This document shows, piece after piece, positions 37,501-50,950 of a stretch of 64,000 nt of DNA. The notes beneath the pieces are model-generated. The model was not told the origin of the DNA. It was given only the letters and a program-made list of their open reading frames with translations, and ran no database searches. Each line of letters starts with the position of its first letter. The first letter of the stretch is position 1. This DNA is from Haliotis cracherodii (Eukaryota): assembly GCF_022045235.1 (NCBI RefSeq), contig NW_027266264.1:21576001-21640000 (forward strand). The letters run 5' to 3'. Both the position numbers and the translations under genes were made by a program.

Positions 37501-40500
37501 AATAAACGTGAAACAAGTAAGGAATTCACAATGTATGAATCAGATAATATAATTGTTTAAACTATGTTAAGGTCGAGATGCCCGCTGACAAGAGTAAACC
37601 GGTCTTTCAGATTTACTGTGTTGTAACAAGAAATACCTGTCAATTTCATGTAATCCGACTGTGGCCAATAAGATATACTTACAATCAAGGTAAGTATAAG
37701 TGGTGTTGGATTAAATTCGCAATGTATACAGATGCCTAATTAGGTTTATATATACTTTTTACTATTGGTTTAAGATTATTGTATTGGAGAAGAAATTTCT
37801 CTCCCCACAACACTCCCGATCCCTTGTCGGACGAGGTGATCGGATGGTCAGGCTCTCTTACTTGGTTGATGCTAATGATCATATCCCATTCGTATTCAAT
37901 AATTTACAGACCACCGTTATATAGCTGGTATTGATGGGTGCGACGTTAGTAAATAAACAAATCGTATTGTTCACAACTACAATTTGGTTGCTTGCATTGT
38001 TCATTTGTGCCTCAGGATTCGTGGTCAAGGGTTACGCAGTTCGAGAAAATATAGCTTAAATTTGAGTACCTATTATAAAAATCAGATTATGAGAATTAGT
38101 CATAAAAAAATCATTAATTCTTCATTAAAACTCGTGTATGATTTAAGTCACTTTCGGACTCATATCAATCATATTTTTTAAATTATTACTCATAAGAAAA
38201 ATATCGTTCAGTATTGTATATATTTCTCCCATCTCGTTAAGAGTTGGTATTCTCAGACCTGGTAGAGATAAATTCATTATGGATAGCGCCAGTACTGTTT
38301 TTGGCCGTGTGTTACATACACTTTGCACAAAGTTGCAGCTTCTCTCAAATGTACGTACACTCTTTTCCAGAAGAAATCCACAGGACACTGACGCAATTGA
38401 AAAGGCAGCCGGGTTTGCCACAAAAATAAAGCCAATCACACTTTGGGAAAGGTTGAACTGAAAAAAGAATTAGTAATTCGTTGAGTAATCTTCGTTTATA
38501 TCGACAACCTGCTTTCACGTAGCATATTTTGAAATGTAAGGTTTACATAGATATGATATGCATCTGTCTTTAGTTTACCTGCACAAGATGCTCAGCATAC
38601 ACAGGGTGCATGACAACAGTAGCATAGAGAGCAACAAATATACTGAAGATTCCAAACCAAACTTCAGGCGAACGTAGAAGCGTCAAATTCGAGGGGCTCT
38701 TCGTTGATTGAATATCTACAAATATATGGCAGTATACGTTAATCATCCCGTCAAGCGGGGGAGCACTTTTTAAATTGTGCACTTGTAATTTGTAGATATG
38801 GGATCACCAATATTGTAATATTGCCACAGGAATAGAAGTATGTTATAATCAAACGGTTCATATACTAGCACATTTTGAGTGAATTGAGAGACACTGTTTG
38901 AATGATGACACATAAGTACACTTTCAAATAGTCTATGAACGACATCAGGTTATTTGCTAAAATATTTAGGTGGTAGTTGTTTAAGGGAAGGGCTACATTA
39001 ACATTACTTCTAACATTTTGGAGCTCACATCTATAATAACAATAACAATAATGATAATAATAATACACTCCCCACTCGAAACCGTCAATGTGTGATTTTG
39101 CATCAAAATGTTAATATGAAATGTAGATTATGCAATAAATTGAATGAGACTGTCCAATACATTGTCAGTGGATGCCCCGCTTTGGTACAAACACAGTATC
39201 TTAAGTGACATGATAAAGTGGCTCGATCATTTTAATACCGTCTTCGCCATGCAAAGGTCCATCCAGAATATGTAGAGGGCATCATGGAAAATGATGAATG
39301 AAAAATTCTTTCGAATATGCCCGTGTCCAGCCTCAGGCCAACAATCCTGATCTTGTAACGTTCTTTTTCATAAATCCAATGAAATAAATTATGTAATTGA
39401 ATTTTCTGTCCCTTTTGACACCAATGTGATTGACAAGATTGAGGAAAAACCTCGATTTTAAAATGTCACGTTTGCATCCCAAGTACCAAGTTGTCCCGAC
39501 TCCCCATTGTTATTCCCCGCCCCAAAGAAGTTGGCGGGGGATATAGAAATGGGTTCCGTCCGTTTTACGTTTCCATGGCAACAAGTTGGACTTAGTCTTT
39601 ATAAGGGTGCTGTTCGTTTCCGGAGCGTAACTCAAAAACCGTTAAATAATTTCTGACAAAACTTTGCATGTTAACCATGGTGTCTAGCCGGGAGCGCCAC
39701 ATTTCAGAAATGGCTATTGCCGGTAGAGCCACATTTTCAGCTGAGTGCATTTCACCTATTCTAGCGGGTAATTAATTAATCCGATTACCGATACCTTTAA
39801 ATGAGTGTCCCACATTTAAATTACTAAGCGTGGTGTTCTTTAGAGATACCTTTAAATGAGTGTCCCACATTTGAGTGTCCCACATTTAAATTACTAAGCG
39901 TGGTGTTCTTTAGAGATACCTTTAAATGAGTGTCCCACATTTAAATTACTAAGCGTGGTGTTACTTACTTACTTACTTTGGAGATTTAACGTGCGCTTTC
40001 CGACTGATGCGTATTTCGCACACGGGCCCGGCCAGGCCATTTAATGTGTTTCCGAAAGGGGCGAAAGTGGTGTGTGCAACCCAAGAGGGGGCTTTAGGGG
40101 TTGCTTATATAGAATTTGGGAATTTTGAGATTTGGAATAGATGCTGATGGGGTTGGGGAGGAGAACTAAGGGAGCTGGGTATGGTGGATGATTGTTTGTT
40201 TATGTGATTTTGATTTGGTAGGTTATTATGGTTTTAGAGGCGTTTCATTAGTTCCGTTTTGATTAAGAATACGCCTAAGGCCTTGAAGTTTTCTAGTTTA
40301 TTTTGTGGGTTTAGTATTGCTTCTAGAGTGAGAGCCTTGTTTAGATTGAGGGTGGTTTGTAAATGCAGTTCGATGTGTTAGGTAGTGTGTGCAGTGGATG
40401 AGTGCGTGTTCTGGGGTTTCTGGTTGTTTGCAGTGTGGGCAGTTACCTGTAGTGTGTTTTTTAATTTTTTTTATGTGGTTATTTAGGTTGGTGTGTCCTG

Positions 40501-43500
40501 TTTGGAGTTTAGTGATTACTCTGTCGATTTTTTTTGATGGATGGAGAATTTTTGGTTTGGTTAGTGGTTTGCTGAGCACTCTTTTGATTTGGCTATTTGA
40601 GTTTAGATATAGGTTATGCCATTTTGTTTTGATTTTTTTGTTTGTTTACACTTTTAATTTCTGATTTTGAGATGGGTAAGTTTAAGCTTATTTCTGGGAT
40701 TTTGAGGGATAGTTTAGCTGCTTTATCGGCGTTTTTATTACCGTATATTCCTACGTGGGCGGGTATCCACAAGAAGGTTATTTGTCTGCCTGCCTTAGTT
40801 AGGTCGTTGGAGCTTTTAAGTATTTGATTTATTAATTTAGGTCGGTTTTTGGTATTTTTGTTTTGGAGGGCTTGTAGTCCACTTAGGGAGTCAGTAAGTA
40901 TTAGGATTTTTTGGTGGTTTTTGGATTCTTGATTGTGGAGGGCTGAGGCCATGCCCATTAGTTCTGCCGTGAATATTGATTGGTTATTTGGGAGTCGGAA
41001 GGATTGTGTGGTTTTAGTTGGTTGTGTGGTATGGACTCCGAAACCCGTGTATGTATGCTAGTGTGGTAGTTTTAGCTATGTTTGGGTCGGTTTGTTTATT
41101 TATTTGGCTAGCTAGTGTTGTGTCTATTTTGGGTATTTTAAGTTTAGGGGTGAAGATATTTGATTGTTTGCAGTTTTGTTTAAGATTTCTAATTTGGTGT
41201 TCATTTAGGTAGTTTGTTCTTTGGGATATTGGGGTAAGTAAGGGGTGTTTATGAGCTACAGCTTGGTTTTTAGGGCTGATGTTTTGGTTTATTAAGTTTT
41301 GGATGAGAGGGTTTGATTGGGACGCGGCCCAGAAATTTAAGCTTAGCTGTTCCCTGCGTAGACTTAGTGGCATTTCTCCTGTTAAGGCCTGAAGTGAGGT
41401 GTTTAGGTCTTTACTGCATTTAGTTGTTAGGTTTTGGATGTGAGCATCCCAGGTGAGATGTTCATCGAAAATAAGTCCTAAGAATTTGGTTTGTTTTTGA
41501 AATTTGATTGTTTGATTGTTTAGCTGGAGGATTGGGGAGACGGGTTTCATGTTTTTATGTTTGAATACTATTCCTGTTGTTTTTTCTGAGTTAAGGGAGA
41601 AGCCCCATTTGTCAGCCCATTGTTGTATTTTATTAAGAGATTTTTGGAGTAGATATTCAACAAGATAAAGAAACTTGCCAAGAAGTGCCACCCGAACATC
41701 TACGAGGTAGTGAAGCTATTTCAGCGAGAACAGTCACTCAAAGAGGTTGCAGTCCTGAGACTCTCTCACCAGTGGTCAGAACCTTCACGAAGAAAGAAGT
41801 ACAAGGCAATCGATGCACGTATTGCGTCCCTCAAGATCCAGCTCCTGAACCAACACCTGAGTGAGATGGAATATGCTGACCACGTGGGCGACCTCCTTCA
41901 TCTGCAGTTATGATCCATTATGATATTCATATGCTATTCATATTCATCAATGTAAAGTTCTGATGAATATGTTATCCTTGTTTAATAAGAAATGAGAAAA
42001 CAAGACTTGTTTTGTTATATACGGTAACCTGTTAGAATCACAAAGCATGTTTTGACAGCATAGCCGTGAGAGCCACATTATACAATCACGCAACCATAAC
42101 CATTGCCGCGAGAGCCACATCAATTTGGGCTATCTATTTTCGAAATGTGGCTTTGCCGGCCTGTAACCTTTACCATACATATACTGAACTGGTGCCTTTT
42201 GCTATTTAGGAATTTTATAAAAAAAATTATTTTTTACGTTTCCATTGCAACAAGTTGAACTTAGGTTCTATAAGGGTGGTATTCGTTTCCGGAGCGTAAC
42301 TCAAAAACCGTTATATACTTTCTTACAAAACTCTGCATGTTTACCAGACACATACTGAACTGGTGCCTTTTGCTATTTAGGAGTTTTATAAATGTTTATG
42401 TTTTACGTTTCCATGGCAACAAGTTGGACTTAGGTTCTATAAGAGTGGTGTTCGTTTCCGGAGCATAACTAAAAAAAATATTAAATACTTTCTCACAAAA
42501 CTTTGCATGTCTACTAGGCACATACTGAAATGATGCCTTTTTGCTATTTAGGAATTTTATACATTTTTATTTTTTACGTTTCCATTGCAACAAGTTGGAC
42601 TTAGGTTCTATAGGGTAGAGTTTGTTTCCGGAGCGTAACTCAAAAACCGTTAAATACTTTCTTACAAAACTTTGCATGTTTACCAGACACATACTGAACT
42701 GGTGCCTTTTGCTTTTTAGGAGTTTTATAATTTTTTATGTTTTACATTTCCTTAGGTTTGGTACATCCCAATCTGTTGACTGACACTGGGAGAGTACCCG
42801 GGTTTGCTACCACGAATACAGCCCTTCTGACAATCTGGGTAATGTGGAAGGCTGCCGTGTTGGGGAGTCTTCATACTCTCTGAAAAGTTCTGCAGCGCTT
42901 CCTGGGAGAAGTCCCATTCGCTGTCTCGGCCACGTATTGAGTGGGCAAGGGATCTGAGCCGATGATGAGCCGAACCAGCCTGACTGCCATGATCACCCAA
43001 ACTCTCTTTGCTGCAGTTTTATTTTAATTTGTACATAATAATAACAACAACCATGAATGAACGTGATTTTCTTTTCAGAAAACCTTCATAAACAAAGATA
43101 AGTAATATACGTTTGTACAGAACAGAACGATACGGGAGGCAAATTACATGTTGATATATTTTAGCTTGACTGGGTAGAAGGTTAAACGTATATTTTCAAC
43201 ATCATTGCCCCACAATCTTTGTTGTAAATGAAGGTCAGAAGTCATTTTTTCCATGTTTCAAAAAAATATAGACTTAAAATATGATATTGATATAAGCAGA
43301 ACTTGAAAAGTTGTTAGGAACTTTGATATATCATGATATGCATGTACACAACTTTCAAGTTTTATGTACCCTTACAACATTCCAGCTTCATGAACCCCTA
43401 CATAATTGCACATTTATGAGCAAAGTTGACATCTTAAATATGTTGCCATGACAACCACATGTTAGATCGGATATCATGATATACAAGAACACAACATTCC

Positions 43501-45932
43501 AGTTTCACGAACCCAAACACCAATCCAGTTTCATGAACCCATACGACATTCCAGCTTCATCAACCCAAACACCAATCCAGTTTCATGAACCCATATGGCA
43601 TCCCAGCTTCATCAACCCAAACACCAATCCAGTTTCATGGACCCATACGACATCCCAGCTTCATCAACCGAAACAACAATCCAGTTTCATGAACACATAT
43701 TTTTTCAGTATTGATAGCGTTAACATCTAGGAATACCATTCTAACACACCAGATGTTTTACTCCAATTCGATGCCTCTCATTGTGAAGATGTGGAAAACC
43801 GTCCATACGAGGAACCGACTGGAATCAACTAGAATAGTTTTTGCGCAGATTATTGTATATTTGGTATAATAGTGGTATTTTGTTCGGTTTTTTAAAAAAA
43901 ATATATTTCCTCTAAATACTGATGTTCACGGCAAAGCAGTCTGTCACTTCTTGCCAAGTTTCCTCCTTTTAGATGGTCTTAGGTCCATGCTCATATGACA
44001 GACCCCTTCTCCCCTCAATATGGTAACAGACTGGGTGCATATAACCGCTAAACTACGATGCGTCAAGGAACTCCTCTGGTTAATATTTCTAGTAGATAAC
44101 ATATTTCAGGTAAACGATAGCAAGACCCTTGATAATGCACGTATTTCCCATTCGCTTACTAATAAGCCTCATTGTTATATCACAACGTGATTACAAATAG
44201 AGAACAACTAATGTTGGCAGTGTCTCAATGAAAACAATATATCTGTATGGTGTATATGTGTCTTGTGTAGGCTAAAACTGAATGTTACCCTTGGCGTGAA
44301 CAATTTCTAGAATTGATGCTTTGCATCACCAATTGGTGTTACATACGGTCCAGGCGAGGGAGTAGAGCATAGGAGACACACCCAAAGATAACTGTACAGG
44401 CACCCATCGCCCAGAAGGGAAGTCCATACCCTCCAATCTGCAAGACGAAAGCAAGTAACACTTTATTATTAAGATTTCATTGTTTCATTTACGTTAAATG
44501 TATATCTTTCATAACATATGCATGAAAACGGTTATGTCGCCTTAATTTGGAATTCCTAAACTGATACCTGATAGAGTCCTCCTCCTATTGCTGGTCCAGC
44601 CATAAACCCGAGGCTAACCACCGTCTCCAGTATACCCTGTGAAGATTAGGTTAGAAAATGCATATTTTTCAGAATACAAAATGCATGTTAACCCACGGCG
44701 CTGATACCCATTATACATGTATGTGTAAGAATTGGGGAAAGCTGTAGGGATATATTTTACGTTCAGATGTTGTCCCAATCACGATAATTGATGATAAAAT
44801 TGCAAAAAATGCGAATAATCATGCAAACATGAAATATCCCTTAATGCGTATTTAAGTGGAACGTGAATCGCTTTGACTGAAATATTTATTTCGTGAATGA
44901 CAGTATATGAAGATATTCTCAGGGCTTTATATTTTGTGTTTTGTGATAATTTCAATTAGTGTGTCAGCAAACAGCTTTTGTGAATCTGATTATGATACTG
45001 CGATGCTCATGCAGTAACTGACAGACACATTGATAAGTGTGTAATTATAATCCCACCCATATGAAGACCAGCATAATGCAACAGGCACAGGTAAACTGAA
45101 AGGATAGTATCAGAGATTCAAACTAAAACCTCTCTAGACATCAATATGAAAAACATGTAGTTAATATGAAAAAAATGTAGTTAACATAGATATTCTCAAT
45201 ATATTAAACAAATCAATTTCTTTCAGATATTGCAAAATCAAATGGCTGCTTACAGTGGTTAAATGCTTTGCCGATATATAACTGCTGGAGGGATGTTTTT
45301 AAAAACTTCTTCTTCATAAAGTTTAGGCACAGTTTCAGGAGTAAACCTATTGTCAATACGCCATTATCGCAATACAACCTCATCATGCCTTCGCGAAAGA
45401 GCAAACTAGATATGACCTATGATTAGCCCACGTTCATTCAGTTTCTTGACATCTACATACCTCTGGCTGTTCCACGTCTTCTGCAAACGACCCGGTATGT
45501 ATGACGTGTTTACAGTATCAGAAGAAGAGACTTATAATGTAGTGGAATCAGTATGTTTAGCATCATTTACGAATGACTGAAAATATCCGATACAATGGTT
45601 AGTCATATATCAGATGGCAAATTAATGGGTTGTCTCTATTAATGGTCAGTAAAACATGGCTTACATATACGGTAACAACGGTTTGGGGAAACGTTTGTCC
45701 AACAATAGCAAAACTAGAGGTCAGTACTGCTGCTGTTCCCAAGGCTTCTACTATTCTGAGAATAAGACATGGAACGACAAACAGCGGACCTGCAGGAAGG
45801 CAATTCATCCATCTGGAAATACAGAATGGTACATGGGTAAAAATTGGTGTTATGCATGTAAGGATTAGTTTCATAGTCAGACTCGACATCTCGACAGACG
45901 TGATTACGCATCAACACGGATCCAAATTTCGA

Positions 45933-45985
<53 letters not shown>

Positions 45986-48900
45986 GGTGAGGTGTGTGTG
46001 GTAAATAAATGTCACTGAACCCTTTCTGTAATCATAAAACCTATCTGCTGAAACCCTAGTCCATTGTTCAGTTCCAAACATATCTACTGAGTATATATAT
46101 GTTCGGCATTGAACAAAATGTTTTTATTTACCTTATGGGACTATTGATGTGGTGCAGTCGTCAGTTCGTTCGATTCATACCTTACTAATTGCATGTACAA
46201 AGCTTCCTCGCCTCTTTGGCATTATGCATGGTCTAGTCTGGCCTGATCAGTCAAGGTTTCAGCTATGACTGATTTTGTTTCCCAGTGTAATTTTGCTCCC
46301 GGGTTGCTTACTTAACGCGAAAGTTGTATTTCAGGTTTAACCAGGACATTAAAATTCATGCACATGCTTGAGTGTTTCCATTGCAAACATGGTCGCTAGC
46401 ATCTCATAAACACAGAGGGTAAGTTAAGTAGACAAAGAAGCATAACTACCTCCTGAATAATCATTTTAGTGAGCACGTACTTCAAAATGGTTGCGGAAAA
46501 CCTTTTCTATTATATGCCCTATCTTAAGCATGATACACAAACATATGCTTCTCACTGAAAGTTGATCATCATGAACAAATAACATGTACCACTAGTGTCA
46601 TTAGATTTTCATCACTTGTCACTCAAAAGTATTCCAACAATAGACCCACTTCATACATTTTAAAGTGTGCAGAAATAGTCACGTTTGTGACAGTCAAAGC
46701 AGCAAATTAAAGTAACATTTAAGGTGTTTAACAGGTAGCATTACAGTTATGTCGAGTTGTGTCCCATATAAGAACATTTGTTGTACGCTTCATAGATTTA
46801 TCTGTGTACTGTTCACAACTGGAAGATAAAGTAATTGCATTTTGATTTGTACTTTGGGCCATTTGGTCTTTATACTGAAAACATGTATGTATGTCTGTCT
46901 CTCTGTCATATGTTAAGTTTTCTCCAGGCTGTGATCACCTCGAGGATGACCTTGATCCTTGACTTAACTGCACAATGTGTAAAATATACTCACAGGGTTG
47001 TAAAGGAGATATATATAATTATTATTTTTATTAATATATATATTCTACAGTCATGGAATAAATGTGGAATATATATCTACAAGCCAGCTCTAGCCAGCTC
47101 ACAAATCACACAATCAGGAAAATTATTTGTTTTCATTCAGAGGAGAGAAATGTATTGTGTAATAAAATATTTCACGCACTTTATGTGTTTTGAATGAACA
47201 TGTGTTTTGCATGAACACATTGATGTAATTGGATGTAAGTTGGCAAGTGAACCTAGTGGTGCTAGCTTTACAAAGGGAATATTCTGTAAATAAACAAAAC
47301 TCAGAAATAATAAATGATGCTTCAGACATACATTTGTTAACTGCATTCCACATTACCTCAGGTATTAAAGGCACATGGACTTACAAAATACCCCTTTAAA
47401 ATAGACTCCACCAAATGGAAGATTATATACTCCAAAAACATTTCCTTTCATTATTATTTGGCTGGCCTCCAAACACTTCAATTTCAAATAATAATAATAA
47501 TACATATCCTATGTTTAACCATGAAAATGCACCCCAAATATACCAAATGACAAGCGCATTATTTTTCCCTCCATAAAAATGGACTCTTCCAAAGTTCACA
47601 AATATGGAGAAAATATGGTTTGAAACACTGATATGTCTCGTTACCGGTTTTATAATCATACTCAACACATTATATGTCTTTTACAGCATAATACCCCCTA
47701 AAGTGCTCCTGTATATTGTGCTAAACATGAGTTGATAATTGCCCCGTCCACGAAAACATGAAGAAAATCCCTATGACCATATTACCAGAAATTACACCAA
47801 CCAAATTCATGGTAATTCTCACACATTATTAGTGGGAAATATTCAACTTATAACTATCGTACCTGAAAAGTGAATTCTCCGCAAACAAACTTTCATAAAG
47901 AATGACATTGGAGAGCGCAGCGTGCGACAGACAAAAATACTAGTTTTTTAAAGGGCGATCACTCCTGCCTTTTAAAAACAATGCACACCCCATATAAAAT
48001 AACGGTTGCAGAAAATAGTCATGATAGTTTTCAACATAATATGTTAGTGTAGTCATTGTGCTGCATGATTTCAAAAACAGTGCGGCGGTGTATGTACGGC
48101 GGCTGTCAAATTCAGACAAAACCTTAAAGCATCCTCATTTACAAGGGCTATATCATAAATGTAGCCACCATCTGTTCAAAACGCAGTGTCATGTTCGTAA
48201 TAACTGTGAAACTATTTTCCTTGATTCAGAGTAACATGAAAACGTTGCCGCCGGATACGCTACAATGACACGACCCCGTTACAGACGCAAGTTTGTGTTG
48301 CCCTCAGGAAGATATTTCTGATTGTTGAACTAAATAGCTACATATGCCACGCTTAACGTAAATCGAGCGTGAAGACGATGTAACATCCCCCCACCCCCCG
48401 CACACACAAACACACACACACACACCTATGGGCGACCAGACCTGTTCCCAGGTCAACAATCCATCCTTTAAGTTAGTTGTTTTACACCGCACACAGCAAT
48501 ATTCCGGCAATGGTCCAGATGATCAAGTGACCAATATCATGTTCAATGATCCACACCGTGTGACCTAGTCTGATTACCTGTCTGTTAAGTGGCTTCTTTT
48601 GAAAGGCAAGAGGTCCAATTCTCACATTCAGGGCTATATAAGGTGTTGCCATATTATAGTTTGTCTTCAGTCTCATGCTGAGGCGCATGTCATACAATAA
48701 TAATCATATGGAAGCAACACAAAATAAAAACCAGCACTAATTTTACCCGAACAGTACTTCACAGGTGCCAAACATCCACAGCCCAGCAATATAGAAAGAG
48801 CGTGGACTAAACTTGGACAGCTGAAGAAAATAATGTTAATGGCTATTAGACAGATGCCGTTGTCAACACATCTTTATATTGAAAAGTAACCAGTTGATTT

Positions 48901-50208
48901 TGTGCTTTAAAGAGATTATGAATTAGCATCATGTTATTGATATTATTGTAAATGTTAATATAATACTAGTGTCATTAAAAAACGAACGATGACAATGTTT
49001 ATTAACTTCATTTTCTTCTTTTAAAAGTTATACTTATATAAAAAAAAAAACCTACCAAGTGTCCAATAATAGGCGATGTCAGAAAAATGACAAATTCAGA
49101 GCAACCATAGATGATTCCTGTGACAGTGTCACCCACGCCCTTTTTTGCAGCCTGGAAAAATAGATGATTTATGTAGAGCATCCAATCAAGTTTTGTGTTC
49201 CGGGCCAGGGAAGGCATCCTGCACCATATTCTTGTCACAACAGCAGACTTGAATGAGGATATCGGATATTAAAGCTGTCTGACCTGTATGCATGTTAATC
49301 ATCGTATCCGACCGATTCGAATGTTCCTAATACTATATCAACATAGGTTGCGCATGGTCACTACTGGACTATTTATACGCCGTCGTGATACAGCTGGAGT
49401 ACAGTGTCTGACGCCTAAAACAACATTATATCTCCACGGTAATATTCTCTGATTTATCGGGGTTTGAGCTGAGGTGAGGTGAAATGGGGTTTTACATCGC
49501 GTTCATGACTATTGCACATACACATGTCCCACTCCGGACTACTGCCGATTTATAATACTAGCCTACTTAGGTACCATGCCACAATTTAACATGAATACCC
49601 CACTCAAACACAGTAGGATGACTCCGGGCCGACCAGTCCTGATGCCGAGAGCCAGGCAGGGTAACAAGTTCCATCTTTTAACGTCTTTTGGTATAACGCG
49701 GTCCGCTCTCCAGGCGGACGTCCTACCACTTGACCACGGAGGCAGTCTCGTGGTTTGAGAGCTGTTACAAACAAACTGTTCGTCAGACACGTCCTATTAT
49801 ATATTTCTTCCAGATACCCTCATGATGTCAGAAGATTGTTTTATACATTTCGGAATATTATCAGTATTATTGTAAATTATAATCCTACTGTGACTCTGCA
49901 AATAATTCTGGTTGAGCAGTGAAAGGGTTGACAATGACAATATCTCTCACTGACACAGCTGCCATAATGACCGTATCAACGCGGATCAGGTATATAAATG
50001 TATTCCCTTTGAATAAATATAAGAATGTGTCAAGTGATTAAACATTTACTATATTTAGTACCTCTATTGCGTAGAACGGTGCAATGAGAGAGACACAGCA
50101 CAGTACGAAGAAGTTTGATGTCGCGATCACTCCCAAAAGAAGCCTAGGCCTTTTCTTTGTTTTTCCGTTACTGATGGACTGATCCTCTGTTGTGATTGGC
50201 TCTGCCAT
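34540..50208 (-). CDS. SLC18B1: SLC18B1-like MFS transporter, paralog B, complete, 13 coding exons, 446 aa
   Basis: Exons 50208-50062, 49151-49056, 48820-48747, 45812-45665, 44636-44568, 44437-44347, 38715-38579, 38457-38359, 37144-37050, 36083-35988, 35825-35751, 35316-35223, 34659-34540. All are GT-AG with compatible phases and total 1341 nt with no internal stop. Translation: MAEPITTEDQ...LIAPFYAIE|AAKKG...|GILETVVSLGFMAGPAIGGGLYQ|IGGYGLPF...|...LFLGPAPF...|...FGLISGII...|TFTGPLVGG...FGFAWAM...|LLLFGPLLCFRRW...NSDQ*. This is a 12-TM SLC18B1-type architecture. Confidence 0.92.
39790..39962 (+). repeat. 55-bp tandem triplication
   Basis: gatacctttaaatgagtgtcccacatttaaattactaagcgtggtgttctttaga x3; the middle unit has an extra tgagtgtcccacatt. 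Confidence 0.9.
39961..41655 (-). mobile_element. 5'-truncated I-group LINE (RT end, RNase H, zinc finger)
   Basis: LQKSLNKIQQWADKWGFSLN..KT, KFLGLIFDEHLTW, TDSLSGLQAL, WIPAHVGIYGN..AD.AAK, CPHC..PETPEH.LIHC; (AAGT)n tail at 39961-39978. Confidence 0.88.
43490..43696 (+). repeat. 52-bp minisatellite (dimer of 26-mers)
   Basis: atacgacattccagcttcatcaaccc|aaacaccaatccagtttcatgaaccc, about 4 copies. Confidence 0.9.
45934..45983 (+). repeat. (TG)n microsatellite
   Basis: About 25 TG units. Confidence 0.97.
49560..49748 (-). mobile_element. tRNA-derived SINE family D (Meta-like core)
   Basis: rc: ctccgtggtcaagtggtagg...ataccaaaagacgttaaaagatgg...aggactggtcggcccgg. Confidence 0.6.
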
Positions 50209-50759
50209 TGCTGGATATCAGTCACTGGCCAAATCCTATGAAGTGCCACGTTGTTAGCTGCGAATAAATGGCAAACGTGCAACATCAGGCAGTATACTAA
50301 AATGATTTATAATTTGTGTGGAATTTATTTATTTTTTTAACACAGAATTTATGTTACTAATATTAATGCCATTTCGCTTACAATGTAAAACGGAACTAAA
50401 TTGCTTTTCATTGCGTGAATAAACCAATACGAATAATTACATGTCTATGAAAACGCACTGGTGTCATCACCAGTTCAAGCTGTAATGTTCGAGTTGTAAT
50501 GTTATTTCAGAGTTTACATATTTCCTGTCTGTGTTGGTATTACATTCACAATTTGCCGCAGTGTGTTACAATTTGTCGTACCTGCCTCTCAATAGAAATG
50601 ATAGAAATTGAAACAAAATCGCTTTCATATATCATTTTATATGCTGGAGGTTGGAATCGATCATGTTAAGATCAAACACTGGAACTCGAATTATGTGTGG
50701 GGTAAATAAAAACATTAAAAATTTAATGTTTAGCAGCAAATGAATAATATTTTATTACA

Positions 50760-50950
50760 ATAAAATAAAAAATCGACTCTGGACCAGACAATCCAGTGAT
50801 AGTCCGCGCTTTTGGGATACAGTGACATGCATCAACCAAGCCAGCGAGCCTGACCACCCGATCCCGGCCCCATCTTACGACAAACACAGTCGCCTTATAC
50901 GGCAATCATGGGTTGCTGAAGACCTATTCTACCCCGGATCTTCACGGGTC
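50760..50950 (-). mobile_element. Family B element
   Basis: rc gacccgtgaagatccggggtagaataggtcttcagcaacccatg... Confidence 0.8.

Larger units (their letters stand above)
39679..42168 (+). mobile_element. Mutator-like (MULE) element, internally deleted
   Basis: Imperfect TIRs ggtgtctagccgggagcgccacatttc / rc ggttacaggccggcaaagccacatttc; TSD ttaaccat/tttaccat; transposase C-terminus KKCHPNIYEVVKLFQREQ...RRKKY..ID.RI..L (41660-41913). Confidence 0.75.
39511..42750 (+). mobile_element. Helentron-associated non-autonomous element (HINE/pearl-like) carrying a ~170-bp tandem array
   Basis: 5' end tattccccgcc...ggcgggggatatag...ccgtccg (subterminal inverted repeat + microsatellite seed). Core monomers at about 39560-39678 and 42169-42750 (periods 169/171/168). 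Confidence 0.7.
39066..42830 (+). mobile_element. R4/Dong-clade fragment split by a 3.2-kb nested insertion (39066-39511 and 42748-42830)
   Basis: CRLCNKLNETVQYIVSGCPAL.QTQYLK*HDKVA zinc finger, then NNPD..IEFSVPFDTNVIDK. Sequence resumes at 42748 (ttaggtttgg...gagtacccggg), collinear with the copy at 11366. Confidence 0.8.

Noticed and set aside
42169-42750. Regularly spaced repeats as a CRISPR-like array
   Set aside because: Whole 170-bp monomers repeat with no unique spacers; eukaryotic context, no cas genes.
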